NCBI GenBank assembly: GCA_051294375.1
Contig: CM119264.1
Span: forward strand, 29,206,315 to 29,229,948
Reading direction: 5' to 3'
DNA length: 23,634 nucleotides
Origin: Paraspadella gotoi
Lineage: Eukaryota; Animalia; Chaetognatha
Shown here piece after piece: positions 21,091 to 23,634 of the stretch. The notes under the pieces are model-generated. The model was not told the origin of the DNA. It saw only the letters and a list, made by a program, of their open reading frames with translations, and made no database searches. A program made the translations under genes and the position numbers. The first letter of the stretch is position 1, and each line of letters opens with the position of its first letter.

Positions 21091-22204
21091 ACGACGGTTG
21101 CGAGTTCGGGATGGGTGAACGATAGTGGATGATGATGATGATGAATTGATGATGAGAGTTGGCGTCAAGGGTGAATGGAGAAAAGCTGGAAAAGCTAGAA
21201 GAGGAGATCGAAGGGTGACACGCGCGAAGGAACATCGCGTCTTTCCCGGACGTACGACCCAGGATTGGGGAAAGTGCTTTAAGTCACCATCGATTTCGTG
21301 GGGAAGGAAAAGAGAGGCGGAAGAGACGTCGAGAAAGGTTACGCGTTCGAACACCGCGACCATAAACCGCGACTGCTGTGGATCGAAATGAATCCCGCGT
21401 CGATTGATGATATGAATCAAATTCCGAATTGTTTAAAACGTTAGTGAATAATCTAATCAATCCCCTCGGTAATCCACATCTCAAACAACAACTTTTTTTT
21501 TTTCCCGATTTCCCTGCTATCGGTCTGTTAGTCATCGCGTCTCCCTTCGCCAATCACTCCCTTCCCCCTTGTCAACGCCCTCGACGGCTCGGCGACCCGG
21601 TTAACGACGAAAGAAAATGGTCGCAGACGTTGGCGCGGCGGGAAATCCGCGGCGCTTCTTTGTGTTTTTGGCGCGAAAAGGGGAGAAAAAAAAAAATTTA
21701 AAAAAAAAAAAAATTTTCTCTCCGCCGCCGTAAAAGAAAAAAGAAAAAAAGAAAAAAGAAATAATCTGGGAAAAGTAACTTCGTCGTTGAAGTTGGGCGT
21801 GGCCGGAGTTTGGCGGAAGGTGGTGCGGGGTACCGGAGGAGAAGGGTCGGTGGCATGGGGCTTTAGAATAATGATCGTACATTGTCGGGGGAAACACCTT
21901 CGTCGAGAGAGAAAAATCGTTGGCTGGGGGAGGAATAAATCTTCAATCGGTGAGTGGAACAATTGGAAAAGGAAAATTGTCGAAGGGAAAAAAAAAAGAG
22001 GGAGAAAATGGGGGGGAGTGAGAAGAAAGATAAATTTCGTTGCCTGAAGACTGACCCCGTATTTGATAAGAAAAAAAGTATGTAGTGAAAAAGAAAAGTT
22101 TTTGATGAGCGAATGAACTCGATTGCTCTTCTGTCTTCATCCTTCTTCAACCTCAGATCTCATCCCCTCCCCTCCCGATCCACCTCTCTCCCACCCCCCT
22201 CCAG

Positions 22205-22380
22205 AATCCTCCGGGGGCGAGTTCCACGCCTGTCTCGGCGATGAACCGCAACTGGTGGTACCATCCTCCTCCGCGACAGTCGTTTTGCGGAAAGGTTTTA
22301 GCGACAAACAAAGATCCTTATTTGCTAACAAGAGGCCGCCAACCGCGCACGTCAGAGCTCTTGGACGCTGTCATAGCTAG
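22205..22380 (+). CDS. Candidate internal exon, unknown protein
   Basis: Long C/T tract + ctccag|; 176 nt phase 0-2, NPPGASSTPVSAMNRNWWYHPPPRQSFCGKVLATNKDPYLLTRGRQPRTSELLDAVIA; weak donor AG|gtggaa; a second frame is also open. Confidence 0.35.
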
Positions 22381-22415
22381 GTGGAAAGTGGGGGATTTGA
22401 ACTCTACTTTATTTC

Positions 22416-23129
22416 NNNNNNNNNNNNNNNNNNNNNNNNNTCTCTCGCTCTCTCGCTCTCTCTCTATCTCTCTATCTCTCCCTTTTCAGTCATTTTCTCT
22501 CTTCTCTTTCTCTTTCCCCTCACTCTCTGCTTTCCTTTTACCTCCTCGTCTTCCTTTCCTCCCTCCCACCCTCTCATCTCTCCCTAACCCACCCTCCCCC
22601 AATTCAGGGTGAGGCATTCCGCAGCCTCAGATTCTCGTTCAGTTCGACCGAATGGATTTTGAATATGCGATGTCGACGACGGGTCGAAGGTCACCGAGGT
22701 CATCNNNNNNNNNNTGCAAATCTGGTTGAGTCCAAAGATCTCAAAACTCACGAAATCGATCTCTTGATCTCGTGAAGATTTACGAATCACTCGTACGGCT
22801 GACTGAGAATCATCTCTTTTGTCAATCACGCAAAATTATTTTTAGTCATTTTCTATATTCTGTAAATTAAATATTATAGTATTACAGTATTATAATAAAA
22901 TTAAAATGAGGCAGAGATGGAAATAAGGCCATGTAATTTNNNNNNNNNNNNNNNNNNNNNNNNNNNNNNNNNNNNNNNNNNNNNNNNNNNNNNNNNNNNN
23001 NNNNNNNNNNNNNNNNNNNNNNNNNNNNNNNNNNNNNNNNNNNNNNNNNNNNNNNNNNNNNNNNNNNNNNNNNNNNNNNNNNNNNNNNNNNNNNNNNNNN
23101 NNNNNNNNNNNNNNNNNNNNNNNNNNNNN
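22416..23129. other. Assembly gaps (22416-22440, 22705-22714, 22940-23129)
   Basis: N characters. Confidence 0.99.
22608..22662 (+). CDS. Candidate terminal exon, unknown protein
   Basis: Branch-site CCCTAAC (22582-22588), pyrimidine tract, ttcag|; phase 2 gives R-VRHSAASDSRSVRPNGF-stop. Confidence 0.3.
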
Positions 23130-23634
23130 TCGTCGTCGTCGTCGTCGTCGTCGTCATCGTCACGTCGCGGACATGTCGGTAGGCGGAGTCGAGGAAAGGG
23201 CGGAAGACGTCAGGGAATGGCCGCCCCTTCTAGACCCCTCCTCGGTCGAAGGGCAGAGATGGTTTTATGGGAAAGTGAGAATGGGATGTTGAAGGGGTTA
23301 AAGGTGGGGCGTGGAACAGAGGATGTTGAAGGGGGTTGAGTTGGGATATAAGAAAAGGGAGATTCAGAATTGAAAGTAGTTTGCGTAATATAAATGGGGA
23401 AAAAAGGTGAAAAATTGACACAGACTCACAGACGAAACTGAGGCTGATGTAATATTTGTGAAAAAAAGTAAGTCAATGTTTAAAACCTTTACACTAACTT
23501 TAAACCCAATCTTTAAACTTAAAAATTAACTTTAATTCCGAATTTGAGATGAAATGAGATGTTCTGGGAAAATAATGCCGATTTCCCTTTCATCACGAAA
23601 CGATTTGAAAACATCGCGTCCCTCACTTTAACAA

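Noticed and set aside
21013-21420. Minus-strand 135-aa ORF
   Set aside because: No recognised domain, no clear donor, and it runs into the satellite.
22192-22211. Match caccccYtccagaatcctc to the LITAF-gene acceptor at 14134-14152, suggesting a paralogous exon
   Set aside because: Similarity ends 7 nt into the exon and no frame encodes GCC or HxCxxC motifs.

Overview
Eukaryotic (most likely invertebrate animal) genomic DNA, not prokaryotic: AT-rich, dense in (CT/GA)n, (GTC/ATC)n and longer tandem repeats, with five N gaps. Nearly all ORFs in the supplied track are translations of low-complexity DNA. The one well-supported gene is missed by that track because it is spliced: a + strand LITAF-domain (zf-LITAF-like) gene with exons 13107-13242 and 14146-14269 and a probable first coding exon 12481-12493, encoding about 90 aa (MNLPEEQVEALGFKPADRICPQCGNKMTTEVKFFSGVFALIVGASVCAVGILVPFLWFGCCLIPCFVKHCKDAKHSCPICKCIVGYKNRI). 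Also visible: a CCA-bearing 3' half of tRNA-Leu on the minus strand (8628-8668), a degenerate tRNA-Gly-like SINE head with a structured tail (10502-10650), one clear and one weak Helentron-associated (HINE/DINE-1-like) element, clustered CTCF-like motifs, several minisatellites, and lower-confidence candidate exons of unrecognised genes (8265-8501, 15137-15251, 17971-22662). I see no convincing evidence of a new multi-gene system. All comparisons to known families are from memory; no searches were run.
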